From IMG/VR virus record IMGVR_UViG_3300026101_000001, positions 19,407 through 83,406 of that record: DNA of 64,000 bases; one strand, 5' to 3'. Shown here piece after piece: positions 29,037-37,075 of the stretch (position 1 is its first letter; each line of letters begins with the position of its first letter). Source of the DNA: a virus. Taxonomy: Duplodnaviria > Caudoviricetes. The notes under the pieces were generated by a model. It did not search any database and was not told the DNA's origin. It was given only the letters and a program-made list of their open reading frames with translations. The translations under genes were made by a program, and so were the position numbers.

Positions 29037-30188
29037 ATGATGGATAAAATTGAATATAAACTCCTGGCCTCTCGAGGCGTGAAAGGTTCAAGACCTTTTT
29101 ACCAAGTACTTATCCCTTTGCGCCAGCTAAGTTCTCTTTTGAAACTAGACGATCACTGGGATATTACTAAGCGTAGTCAACGTTTAGTGAATGTCCCGCG
29201 TGCTAAGAAGTTCGCAAAGTATTTAATCGAGAACCACAAGAACGATACGATGTTTGTCGTTCCACCTTTAGTGGGCTCGTTGGAGGGGGACTTTGACTTC
29301 GTTGAAGTGCAAATGGACCAGTATCGAAATATCGGCCATTTGCGTGTGGACCTCGATGCTCAAATGCTTTTGTTTGATGGCCAGCACCGAGCAAAAGGGG
29401 TTCAGCTTGCTTTGCAAGAGTATCCGATGCTTCAAAACAGCCAAGTTTCGATTATGCTTTTTCCGATGCTGGATTTATCTGAAAGACAACAGGCATTCCA
29501 TGATATTAATTCGATGCAAAAGGTACCGGTTGATTCAATCCGCATTGCATACAACAACGCCGACCCGATAGCTTCGACATTGATGGATACTGTACAAGCT
29601 TCGGATATTCGTGCGGTGGTTGAGTATGAGAAGAACAGTTGTACCGGTGACTCAGATAAATTCTGGGCACTAAAACAGCTCAATGAGTTTGCCAAGCTAT
29701 TTTGTGGTAAAGACAACTCACCAGAGCGCATGGCGGAATATTTAAAAGTCTTCTTAGACAAGATGTTTATCACTCAAAAACTAAGGCAGTTGTATACGTC
29801 TCACCCTCACGTTTGTAAGGAATATATACACCCGTCGGCGCAGTTCACGAGACAATTTTACATTCTTCCTTTCACAGTGACACTTAAGGCATTGGCCATG
29901 CTCTTTAGAAAAGCGGAAGAACTTGAAATTGGGCCTGAAGTGCTAAGTAACTTCTTAGAAGAAAGTAGCCCCAATAACGAGAAAAACTGGAACTACTTCG
30001 ATAAAGACAATGGGAAATGGGAACATCGTTGTGTATCCCATGACTACAAAATGAAAAGTAACGCCGTTGCGGTAAGAATGACCTACTATCAAATGGCAAA
30101 AGACGCGGGTATTGAGTTGTCGGAAGAAGAAATCGCGGAAGAAGAAAAAGTCCTGGCTGAAGCAAAAGCGATTGCTGCAGCCGTTTAA
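29037..30188 (+). CDS. DGQHR-domain / DndB-like protein
   Basis: 'SQRLVNVPRAKKFAKYL', 'LLFDGQHRAKG', 'QQAFHDIN'. Confidence 0.85.
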   Translation: MMDKIEYKLLASRGVKGSRPFYQVLIPLRQLSSLLKLDDHWDITKRSQRLVNVPRAKKFAKYLIENHKNDTMFVVPPLVGSLEGDFDFVEVQMDQYRNIGHLRVDLDAQMLLFDGQHRAKGVQLALQEYPMLQNSQVSIMLFPMLDLSERQQAFHDINSMQKVPVDSIRIAYNNADPIASTLMDTVQASDIRAVVEYEKNSCTGDSDKFWALKQLNEFAKLFCGKDNSPERMAEYLKVFLDKMFITQKLRQLYTSHPHVCKEYIHPSAQFTRQFYILPFTVTLKALAMLFRKAEELEIGPEVLSNFLEESSPNNEKNWNYFDKDNGKWEHRCVSHDYKMKSNAVAVRMTYYQMAKDAGIELSEEEIAEEEKVLAEAKAIAAAV

Positions 30189-30245
30189 CCTGGGGGGAAT
30201 GTTCTCCCCCTTCAATTAACTTTTACAATTTGGAAATTGACGATT

Positions 30246-31631
30246 ATGACTAATCAAACTGTTGCTACAAAACACGAAGATATCGAACGCGCTACTTACT
30301 CCCCTGAAGATAACAAGCTTCGTATTTATCCTATCAATCGCCTAGATACAGACCTTTACAACGAGCTTAAGGAACTGGGCTTTGGTTGGGCGCCAAAACA
30401 AGAACTCTTCGTAAAACCTTCATGGTCCCCTGAAGCGGAAGACTTATGTATTCGCTTGGCCGGCACGATTGAACCTGAAGACACGACGATGGCCGAGCGT
30501 GCCGAAGCGAAGGCTGAGCGGTTAAAAGCGCTTGCTGAAAAGCGTGCTGACCAAGCGCGAGGTTTTAGTGCTGCGGCGAACAATATGCAATTTGGTGATC
30601 AACCTATCCTTTTAGGCCACCACAGCCAGCGTAAAATGCAGAAAGCGCAAGAAGCTCAAGAGCGTAACGAAGAACGCGCCAAAGAAGCCAGCTCAGCGGT
30701 CCGCTATTGGAACTGGCGCATGATGGGTACTATTGCTCATGCCAACCACAAAAATCGCCCTGACGTTATTTATAGACGTATTAAAACGTTACTCACGGAC
30801 TTGCGAAAGCAACAACGCTATTTGCACGCTGCAGGGGATTGCTTATCTCTTTGGGAACGCTGCAAAGGTATGGAGGATGCCGAGAAGCAAAAAGAGTTTG
30901 CTTTGATGATTGCGAATTACCGTTGGGATATCTGCATTTCAGATAGTTACCGCGACATTAAGGAAGATAAGAAACCTTTATCGGAAATTATCGACGCCAA
31001 TATTGAGCTAGGTACCAAGCGTAAGAACGACCAGAACTTACACCGCAAGATAAACCATATCTTGAACCGTCTTACTTACGAACGGGCTCAGTTGGGGGAA
31101 GTTGAATATTTTACCGGTAAGCTTACCGCCCCTGTATTGCAAACGTTCCTTAGAACGCATGGCGCGGATAAACCTAAAGCGACCAAATCTGACGTTGGTT
31201 GGATTGCGGAGTGTGACAACGACTTACCTATCCACATTGGTACAGGTTCGACACTGGAACTGGAAGAATTGGAATGGCGCGACCTGATGTATGAGGTGGG
31301 CTATGAAGTGCCGGTTCCTAAGCCGAAGGCTCCCCCGATTGTTAACCTGTCACCGGAAGAAGTAAAAAGCGTAACGGTGAAAATGTGGAGCAGCGCGAAC
31401 AAGTACCCTATCGTCTCAATGACGAAAGCGGAGTATTCAGCAACCCATAGTGAGCAGCGGGGCGTTAAGCCGAGTACCTGTGGTCAGTTCAGAGTAAAAG
31501 TTTGTCGAATTGTTCCTGAGGGCCAGGATTTTTGGAAAGGCGAATGGGCTGTGGTTTACCTAACGGACTCAAAGACGCACGCCGCTCCGAATTCAACGGC
31601 TCTTGAGTATGTGGAAGTGGAGACAGCCTAA
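30246..31631 (+). CDS. DUF3560-like protein
   Basis: 'MAERAEAKAERLKALAEKR', 'QPILLGHHSQRK', 'RRIKTLLTDLRK'; adjacent to MTase as usual for this family. Confidence 0.75.
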   Translation: MTNQTVATKHEDIERATYSPEDNKLRIYPINRLDTDLYNELKELGFGWAPKQELFVKPSWSPEAEDLCIRLAGTIEPEDTTMAERAEAKAERLKALAEKRADQARGFSAAANNMQFGDQPILLGHHSQRKMQKAQEAQERNEERAKEASSAVRYWNWRMMGTIAHANHKNRPDVIYRRIKTLLTDLRKQQRYLHAAGDCLSLWERCKGMEDAEKQKEFALMIANYRWDICISDSYRDIKEDKKPLSEIIDANIELGTKRKNDQNLHRKINHILNRLTYERAQLGEVEYFTGKLTAPVLQTFLRTHGADKPKATKSDVGWIAECDNDLPIHIGTGSTLELEELEWRDLMYEVGYEVPVPKPKAPPIVNLSPEEVKSVTVKMWSSANKYPIVSMTKAEYSATHSEQRGVKPSTCGQFRVKVCRIVPEGQDFWKGEWAVVYLTDSKTHAAPNSTALEYVEVETA

Positions 31632-32248
31632 TGGATTCATCAGTGTATGTAAGACCCAATAAACCCAAGCATGTTAAGGCACCGGAAAAAGTAGAACTCG
31701 AGCCTATCGAGTTCTCCGAGGCCCCAAAGCCTGTCGTTGTTCATGCCTCAACGGAATGCCACGTTACGCCCTATGATGTGGCGGAGCGTATGGTCGAGCT
31801 GTTGGAGTTGGAACCCGAAGATCACGTTCTAGAACCTTCGGGTGGTACCGGTAATTTGGTTAAGGCGGTACAAAACACCGGCCACTCAGCGGATCTTATT
31901 ACTATTGTCGAGCGTGAATACTCGTTGGTTGAAGCTTTGTTACAGCGTTTTTGTAGTGCCGATTGCGAGGGGGCTATCCCCTTGGTGCATCACGAAGACT
32001 TCCTTAGCTGGGCCGAGGCTCGTTACAACGCGGGGTATCGTTATGAAAAGATCATAATGAACCCCCCGTTCAAACAGGTAAAAAAGCATATGGAGGCCGC
32101 ACGCAAGTTACTCCGCTTCACAGGGGTACTTGTTGCTGTGGTACCAACGTCGTTCGACCACCCCAGTTACGAGGAAGTCGAGACGTTACCCAGCGACACG
32201 TTTAGCACCTGTAAGGTGTTCACGAAAATCGTGCGGTATGAGGGTTAG
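31631..32248 (+). CDS. Small amino (N6A/N4C)-type methyltransferase
   Basis: 'VLEPSGGTGNL' and 'IMNPPF'. Confidence 0.85.
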   Translation: MDSSVYVRPNKPKHVKAPEKVELEPIEFSEAPKPVVVHASTECHVTPYDVAERMVELLELEPEDHVLEPSGGTGNLVKAVQNTGHSADLITIVEREYSLVEALLQRFCSADCEGAIPLVHHEDFLSWAEARYNAGYRYEKIIMNPPFKQVKKHMEAARKLLRFTGVLVAVVPTSFDHPSYEEVETLPSDTFSTCKVFTKIVRYEG

Positions 32249-32250
32249 CC

Positions 32251-32442
32251 ATGGCTATTTTAAAAGTTGAGTGGCGGTATGTGTATAAGGCCAAAGGTAA
32301 AGTAGACCCCAACCTAGACCGGAAGCTAACAGCTCAAGTATTACCAATGATATCTAAGGCCCTAGAAGATAATCAAACCGAAGGGTTTCTGGATGCGGTA
32401 TCTGAAGGAGACAAACTGAAAGGCCATTGGATGTTGGTCTAA
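32251..32442 (+). CDS. Hypothetical protein
   Basis: Operon position. Confidence 0.55.
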   Translation: MAILKVEWRYVYKAKGKVDPNLDRKLTAQVLPMISKALEDNQTEGFLDAVSEGDKLKGHWMLV

Positions 32443-32492
32443 CTACAGGGGGGAATGTTCCCCCCTTTTAATTAACTTGTTGGAAATTGACG

Positions 32493-33524
32493 ATGCAAAC
32501 GAAACTAGTATTACAAGATGATACGTACTTCCATGCGCCAAGTGTGGACTTAGATAGCTACGATCACATTATCGTATGCCACTCTATGGGGAAAGATAGC
32601 TGGGCCGCATTACTTCATATCCTGGCGGAGGGTGCAGACCGAAAGAAAATAGAAATTTGGCACCATGAAGTAGATGGCCGTGAAGGTTCTAACCTAATGG
32701 ATTGGGCGTTTATTTCAGACTATGCAAAGAAAGCCTGTACCTCGATGGGACTACCACTCTACTTTAGTTGGCTACAAGGGGGGTTTGAAGGTGAAATGCT
32801 TAAAGAGAACACTATCAGTCAACCGATACTTACTCAAACGCCGGATGGCCTGTTGCTACTAGAGAGGGATACTAACCGCTCTAAGCCCGCTACCCGTTTA
32901 AGGTTCCCCCAGCAGTCCGCGAGTCTCCAAACAAGATGGTGTAGCTCAGCACTGAAAATTGACGTAGCCCGACGCGCTTTAAATAACCAAGACAGGTTTA
33001 AGGGTAAACGCACGTTAATGATAACTGGGGAACGTCGTGAAGAGTCGAGTAACCGAGCTAAATACAATCAGCTAGAGCCCCATGCTTGTGATACTCGTTA
33101 TGGTCGAACAGCTCGGCACGTTGATGCTTGGCGTCCCGTTCTTGAGTGGTCAGAACAAAAAGTCTGGGACACATTAAAGCAAGCGGGTGTAGTTGCACCT
33201 GTCCCCTATCGCTTAGGCTGGAACCGTTCAAGCTGCCAAGCGTGTATTTATAATCACGGGAGTATATGGGCCACCATGAAGAAATACTTTCGTGAGCGTT
33301 TTGAAAAGGTGTTGAATTACGAAAAGCAATTCAACACAACCATTAGCCGTAGCAAGAAAAATATTGATGAGTTAGCGGCGCTCAACAAACCGTTAGAAAT
33401 ATCGGACTCGGCAGCGCTGGCCCAAGCCCAGCAATCCGAATATGTTTTACCTATATTCTGCCACCCTGACGACTGGGAAATGCCTGTAGGTGCATTCCGC
33501 TCTGAAGGTTGCGGTAGTGTTTAA
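32493..33524 (+). CDS. PAPS-reductase-family (PP-loop) protein
   Basis: 'HSMGKDS' PP-loop, 'RWCSSALK', 'TGERREES..RA', 'RLGWNRSSCQACI'. Confidence 0.85.
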   Translation: MQTKLVLQDDTYFHAPSVDLDSYDHIIVCHSMGKDSWAALLHILAEGADRKKIEIWHHEVDGREGSNLMDWAFISDYAKKACTSMGLPLYFSWLQGGFEGEMLKENTISQPILTQTPDGLLLLERDTNRSKPATRLRFPQQSASLQTRWCSSALKIDVARRALNNQDRFKGKRTLMITGERREESSNRAKYNQLEPHACDTRYGRTARHVDAWRPVLEWSEQKVWDTLKQAGVVAPVPYRLGWNRSSCQACIYNHGSIWATMKKYFRERFEKVLNYEKQFNTTISRSKKNIDELAALNKPLEISDSAALAQAQQSEYVLPIFCHPDDWEMPVGAFRSEGCGSV

Positions 33525-33543
33525 TTAACTGAGGAAATTGACG

Positions 33544-33990
33544 ATGAACCGTATAAGTAATTTTGATTTTGAGTTATCCCTATCTCACGCAGGTGAGGCT
33601 ACTGACGACACGACTAAGATGAAAGGCGAGATTATTCGTGTTCTAAAAGAGACGATTGCTGAACTCGAGGGTGGCGTCGGGGATAGCGAAGAATTTTGGA
33701 AAAAGTCCTTAAATGATATTAACGGACGTCCTTTTGGTAATGCGTATCTTAATGTTGAAGAAATGGACTGGATTTCAGACTGGGACGAATGGATTGAACA
33801 CTGCAAAGAGTATATCCGTGAGAACGGTTTCTACCTCGAACAGGAAAGCACCACTGTCTATGAGTGGGACACGTTAGCCGAACTAGACGAAACGGCGTTA
33901 GCTGAGTGGTTCAGTAATTACACGGACAGTGCAGTAACCCGAGAAGAAGTCTGCCCTGAAGCGCGTAACTGGGGATGGGACAGCGAATGA
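33544..33990 (+). CDS. Highly acidic hypothetical protein
   Basis: Start motif; D/E/W-rich. Confidence 0.75.
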   Translation: MNRISNFDFELSLSHAGEATDDTTKMKGEIIRVLKETIAELEGGVGDSEEFWKKSLNDINGRPFGNAYLNVEEMDWISDWDEWIEHCKEYIRENGFYLEQESTTVYEWDTLAELDETALAEWFSNYTDSAVTREEVCPEARNWGWDSE

Positions 33991-34199
33991 GTGGTAAAGA
34001 CCTAGGCACCCTGCTTCGCACAAAAGAAATTCTCGCGGGTTACTTTATTCCTCGACCTTATGAGCCGGCGGATAAAACACTTAACCGTGCTAAGAACGAA
34101 GCAATACAGAGACTACAACAACAAATTGTAGATATCCGTAATTTAACGAGTGAAGAGTTCTTCACTCGATCACCGAAGGAAATTGACGATGCAAATTAG
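33987..34199 (+). CDS. Hypothetical protein
   Basis: ATGA overlap. Confidence 0.6.
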   Translation: MSGKDLGTLLRTKEILAGYFIPRPYEPADKTLNRAKNEAIQRLQQQIVDIRNLTSEEFFTRSPKEIDDAN

Positions 34200-34539
34200 T
34201 AACGAAGACAAACAATCAATCCTTGAAGAAATTAACGCGGCCTTTATAGGCCATTGTGTTCGAGCCTACATGAGTTTGCTTAACCCAAGCCTTAAAGAGT
34301 TTATTGAAGCTCACCTAGAAGAGATAGATCCTCAAGTGGTGTTTATTGATAACGATATTGATATGGGGGCCGCGTCTCGAGCTCGAAACTCTTTGAAGCC
34401 TACCTTGTTCGTGTTCACTGAAAATATGAGAGCCGACTCGTATATAACGAGCTGTGCGGACAAGATAGAAATACCTGAAGAGATTCGTTTACGCGTTTTT
34501 GAAGCTTGGCATGACGCCCAGCCCAGTTGCGAAATTTAA
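34189..34539 (+). CDS. Hypothetical protein
   Basis: Start motif. Confidence 0.7.
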   Translation: MQISNEDKQSILEEINAAFIGHCVRAYMSLLNPSLKEFIEAHLEEIDPQVVFIDNDIDMGAASRARNSLKPTLFVFTENMRADSYITSCADKIEIPEEIRLRVFEAWHDAQPSCEI

Positions 34540-34596
34540 AACCCTGAAAGGGGGAATGTTCTCCCCCTCTTGAAATTAACTTGTTGGAGATTGACG

Positions 34597-35436
34597 ATGC
34601 ACCCTGAACTATCAAAACAACTAAAGGCAAACTGCCAGAAGTTAAGCCTAGACTTTAACACCCTTGATCTAATTGGTGAGTCTGAGACTCAAATAAAAGA
34701 TATAACAATTAAAATCGAGCGTGATGGGGATGCTGAAAGCCCTCGTGAGTGGGATAACGTGGGCACAATGGTGTGCTGGCATAGTAGATACAATTTAGGT
34801 GACGAACAACCTTCAGTAAGCTACCAAGACTATCGTATCAGTATGGTAGAAGAAGTTGAGCCAGGATTTGAGGCGATGTTGGAAAGATTAGAACATAACT
34901 GGCCTTCAACAAATTGGGATGCCCAAGGAACTAAAGATTACCAAGAACTGGTTGAGGCGAAGATTGAAGCGCGACTTGATAAATACTACTTCATCCTCCC
35001 ACTTTACCTTCACGACCATTCTGGAATTACTATGAATACAGGGGGGTTTTCGTGTTCTTGGGACTCTGGCCAAGTTGGTTTTATCTACGTCACAAAAGAG
35101 AAAGCCCGTGAAGAGTATGGTTTTAAGCGTTTAACAAAAGAACGTATTCAAAAGGTCTTTGAATTCTTAGATAGTGAAGTTAAAACCTATGCCGCGTATT
35201 TAGAGGGGGATGTGTATGGTTATGTTATCGAAGGCCAAGACATTGATGATTCTTGCTGGGGTTACGTTGGCCCTGACGGTGAGGGATGGGCGTTATTAGA
35301 AGCTTTATCGATAGTAGCTAACCATAAAAAAGAGCGTGCTGGCAGTCGAATTCAAAAAATTAAGACTTGGATCAAAAACCAAGTCCCGTTACTAAAACGT
35401 CGTGAACTGGCAACAGAACTACCAATACTGTTATAG
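34597..35436 (+). CDS. Conserved-looking phage hypothetical protein
   Basis: 'PREWDNVGTMVCWHSRYNLGD...LPLYLHDHSGI...WDSGQVG' motif pattern. Confidence 0.8.
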   Translation: MHPELSKQLKANCQKLSLDFNTLDLIGESETQIKDITIKIERDGDAESPREWDNVGTMVCWHSRYNLGDEQPSVSYQDYRISMVEEVEPGFEAMLERLEHNWPSTNWDAQGTKDYQELVEAKIEARLDKYYFILPLYLHDHSGITMNTGGFSCSWDSGQVGFIYVTKEKAREEYGFKRLTKERIQKVFEFLDSEVKTYAAYLEGDVYGYVIEGQDIDDSCWGYVGPDGEGWALLEALSIVANHKKERAGSRIQKIKTWIKNQVPLLKRRELATELPILL

Positions 35437-35442
35437 TGATAT

Positions 35443-35473
35443 CGAAATGTTGCCGCAGTTAGGCAACATTTCG
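35443..35473. terminator. 12-bp hairpin ending the accessory operon
   Basis: CGAAATGTTGCC-N7-GGCAACATTTCG, extended by GTGATAT/ATATCAC. Confidence 0.6.
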
Positions 35474-35588
35474 CCTCTTATATCACTCCTTATGGCTTGA
35501 AACGGTCTAAAACTCTTAGACTTTCGTTTAGGCACATGCTTTGCAATTAACTCCATAGAAACAACCAAACCTCTTATGGAGAAACACA

Positions 35589-35741
35589 ATGAAAAAATTA
35601 GGATTCGCAATCGCGCTAGTACTTGGTATGGGTTCAACAATGGCTATGGCTGATGTTGGTAGTAATGTTGTTGTCCCAAAACCAGCGGACAACCCTAAAA
35701 CCGAATCACTCAAGCCTAAAAAGCCTACGGTTGGTTTTTAA
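35589..35741 (+). CDS. 50-aa secreted peptide precursor (not in ORF track)
   Basis: GGAG RBS; MKKLGFAIALVLGMGSTMAMA|DVGSNVVVPKPADNPKTESLKPKKPTVGF; n/h/c regions with A-X-A cleavage site. Confidence 0.75.
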   Translation: MKKLGFAIALVLGMGSTMAMADVGSNVVVPKPADNPKTESLKPKKPTVGF

Positions 35742-35752
35742 GTCTAGAAATT

Positions 35753-35777
35753 AAAAGAGCGGCTAAGCCGCTCTTTT
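35753..35777. terminator. Bidirectional terminator between convergent peptide and membrane genes
   Basis: AAAAGAGCGGC-TAA-GCCGCTCTTTT. Confidence 0.8.
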
Positions 35778-36521
35778 AAATAGTACTTCCAATTTTCTAG
35801 GTATGGACCCTGCGAGGTCCTTGACGTAGAACTCTTGAATACTCGCGTGGAACAACAACATAAGCAACATAATAGTCTGGGTAATAAAGACGATATTAAA
35901 CAGGAAATAGAAGCTAGGTAAGTGTAGCGCGTACTCAATATCAACGAGACGATAACCATAAAGTAGTGGGCCTGTCTCATGAATACCAAAATGTATCGTG
36001 AATATGTGGTAGTAAACCGCAATAGCAAAACAGATAAACCAGCACAACTTATACACCATACATAACCATGTACCTAGGTTTGTGTCTTCAGTTTTATCCA
36101 GCAATTTGAATCCAGCTTCTCTAAATCTTTCAGACCTAATAAGTTGGTTCGCTACCCAAAACTGGAACTTAACCCGATACTGGTACATCACCATGGTTAG
36201 AATACCTGGCACATAAATCATGGCAATAGCGGTATGGAGTGTAGGACTTAGCGTAAACATTAGGCTGGCAATCGCCTGTTCAGAGATTGAAGCAATTATG
36301 ATCAAAGCCAAAACGATACGATTATTGAAACCCTTAACCATTACGCCAGCTAAGATAACGCATGAAAACATCACCGCGTAGTAGCTGAGCATATCGGACA
36401 GTGAGTTTAGTTGCCATTTCCCTTCCACAAGGAAGTTGTTTAAAACAGCCGTAAAGATAAGTAGGGCCGTAACGAAAAGCGCGAACCGTAAGCCGTAGGT
36501 TTTAAAGAAGTGACGGTACAT
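35763..36521 (-). CDS. Polytopic inner-membrane protein (~6 TM)
   Basis: About six hydrophobic segments; starts 4 nt after the XRE gene stop. Confidence 0.8.
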   Translation of the reverse strand: MYRHFFKTYGLRFALFVTALLIFTAVLNNFLVEGKWQLNSLSDMLSYYAVMFSCVILAGVMVKGFNNRIVLALIIIASISEQAIASLMFTLSPTLHTAIAMIYVPGILTMVMYQYRVKFQFWVANQLIRSERFREAGFKLLDKTEDTNLGTWLCMVYKLCWFICFAIAVYYHIFTIHFGIHETGPLLYGYRLVDIEYALHLPSFYFLFNIVFITQTIMLLMLLFHASIQEFYVKDLAGSIPRKLEVLFKRAA

Positions 36522-36525
36522 AAAA

Positions 36526-36846
36526 TTACTCCCAAAACGTCGCTAAGAATCTTTTAAAATCCGAGAATGGGATATCCGATAAGGTAATTTTACTCACTAC
36601 CGCACCGAGTCCCTTCTTCATGTGAGCGCGTTTTGCAATTTGTTGGTATTTGTAGAATTCTTCTGTGGAAATTTTGCCGTATCGCTCGGCATTTGAAATA
36701 GTATTCTTGTGAACGTCCGCAGCAATAGCGAGTTCTTCTTGCGTCAATCGATAATTCTGGCGCATGTTTTTAAACTTTCGAGCTATTCGCCTACGACGCT
36801 CTAGCTCCCAGGGTGGTTCTATATTATCGTCAATTTTCTTAGACAC
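36526..36846 (-). CDS. XRE-family HTH regulator, putative prophage repressor
   Basis: 'MRQNYRLTQEELAIAADVHKNTISNAER'; divergent from replication operon; no S24 peptidase domain. Confidence 0.8.
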   Translation of the reverse strand: MSKKIDDNIEPPWELERRRRIARKFKNMRQNYRLTQEELAIAADVHKNTISNAERYGKISTEEFYKYQQIAKRAHMKKGLGAVVSKITLSDIPFSDFKRFLATFWE

Positions 36847-36954
36847 GGCTGTACTCCATCAAGGCCATACTGTAAATCTTTTACTACAAAACAAAACGAA
36901 CAAATTCTAACCAATTAAATAAATTAAAGAAAGCAGAATTTTTTAATAAATATT

Positions 36955-36983
36955 AAAAACACAAATAAATTGTGTTTTTGTAG
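36955..36983. promoter_or_regulatory. Putative operator AAAAACACAA-N5-TTGTGTTTTT
   Basis: Perfect 10-bp arms in AT-rich divergent intergenic region. Confidence 0.7.
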
Positions 36984-37001
36984 CCGGACTTCGTTTTTAA
37001 C

Positions 37002-37030
37002 TTGATATACAAAAGTTGAAAGCGTAGTTT
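37002..37030 (+). promoter_or_regulatory. Possible sigma70 promoter for replication operon
   Basis: TTGATA-17-TAGTTT. Confidence 0.4.
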
Positions 37031-37075
37031 TAACTTTGCCTACGGGCTTAACTTTAAAATTTGGAAATTGACGAT

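Larger units (their letters stand above)
18135..34567. repeat. Dispersed palindrome family GGGGRGAAYRTTCYCCCC (13 copies)
   Basis: 18135, 18913, 19142, 19446, 19942, 19987, 22145, 23518, 26195, 27952, 30192, 32448, 34550; all intergenic. Confidence 0.95.

Noticed and set aside
18135-34567. G/C palindromes as a CRISPR array or integron attC sites
   Set aside because: Spacing is irregular (45 bp to several kb), the 'spacers' are whole genes, no cas genes are present, and the GTTRRRY/RYYYAAC attC ends and an integron integrase are lacking
36826-36840. Extra copy of start motif inside the repressor gene (AAAATTGACGATAAT)
   Set aside because: Lacks the GGA part and encodes KIDDN in frame; not counted
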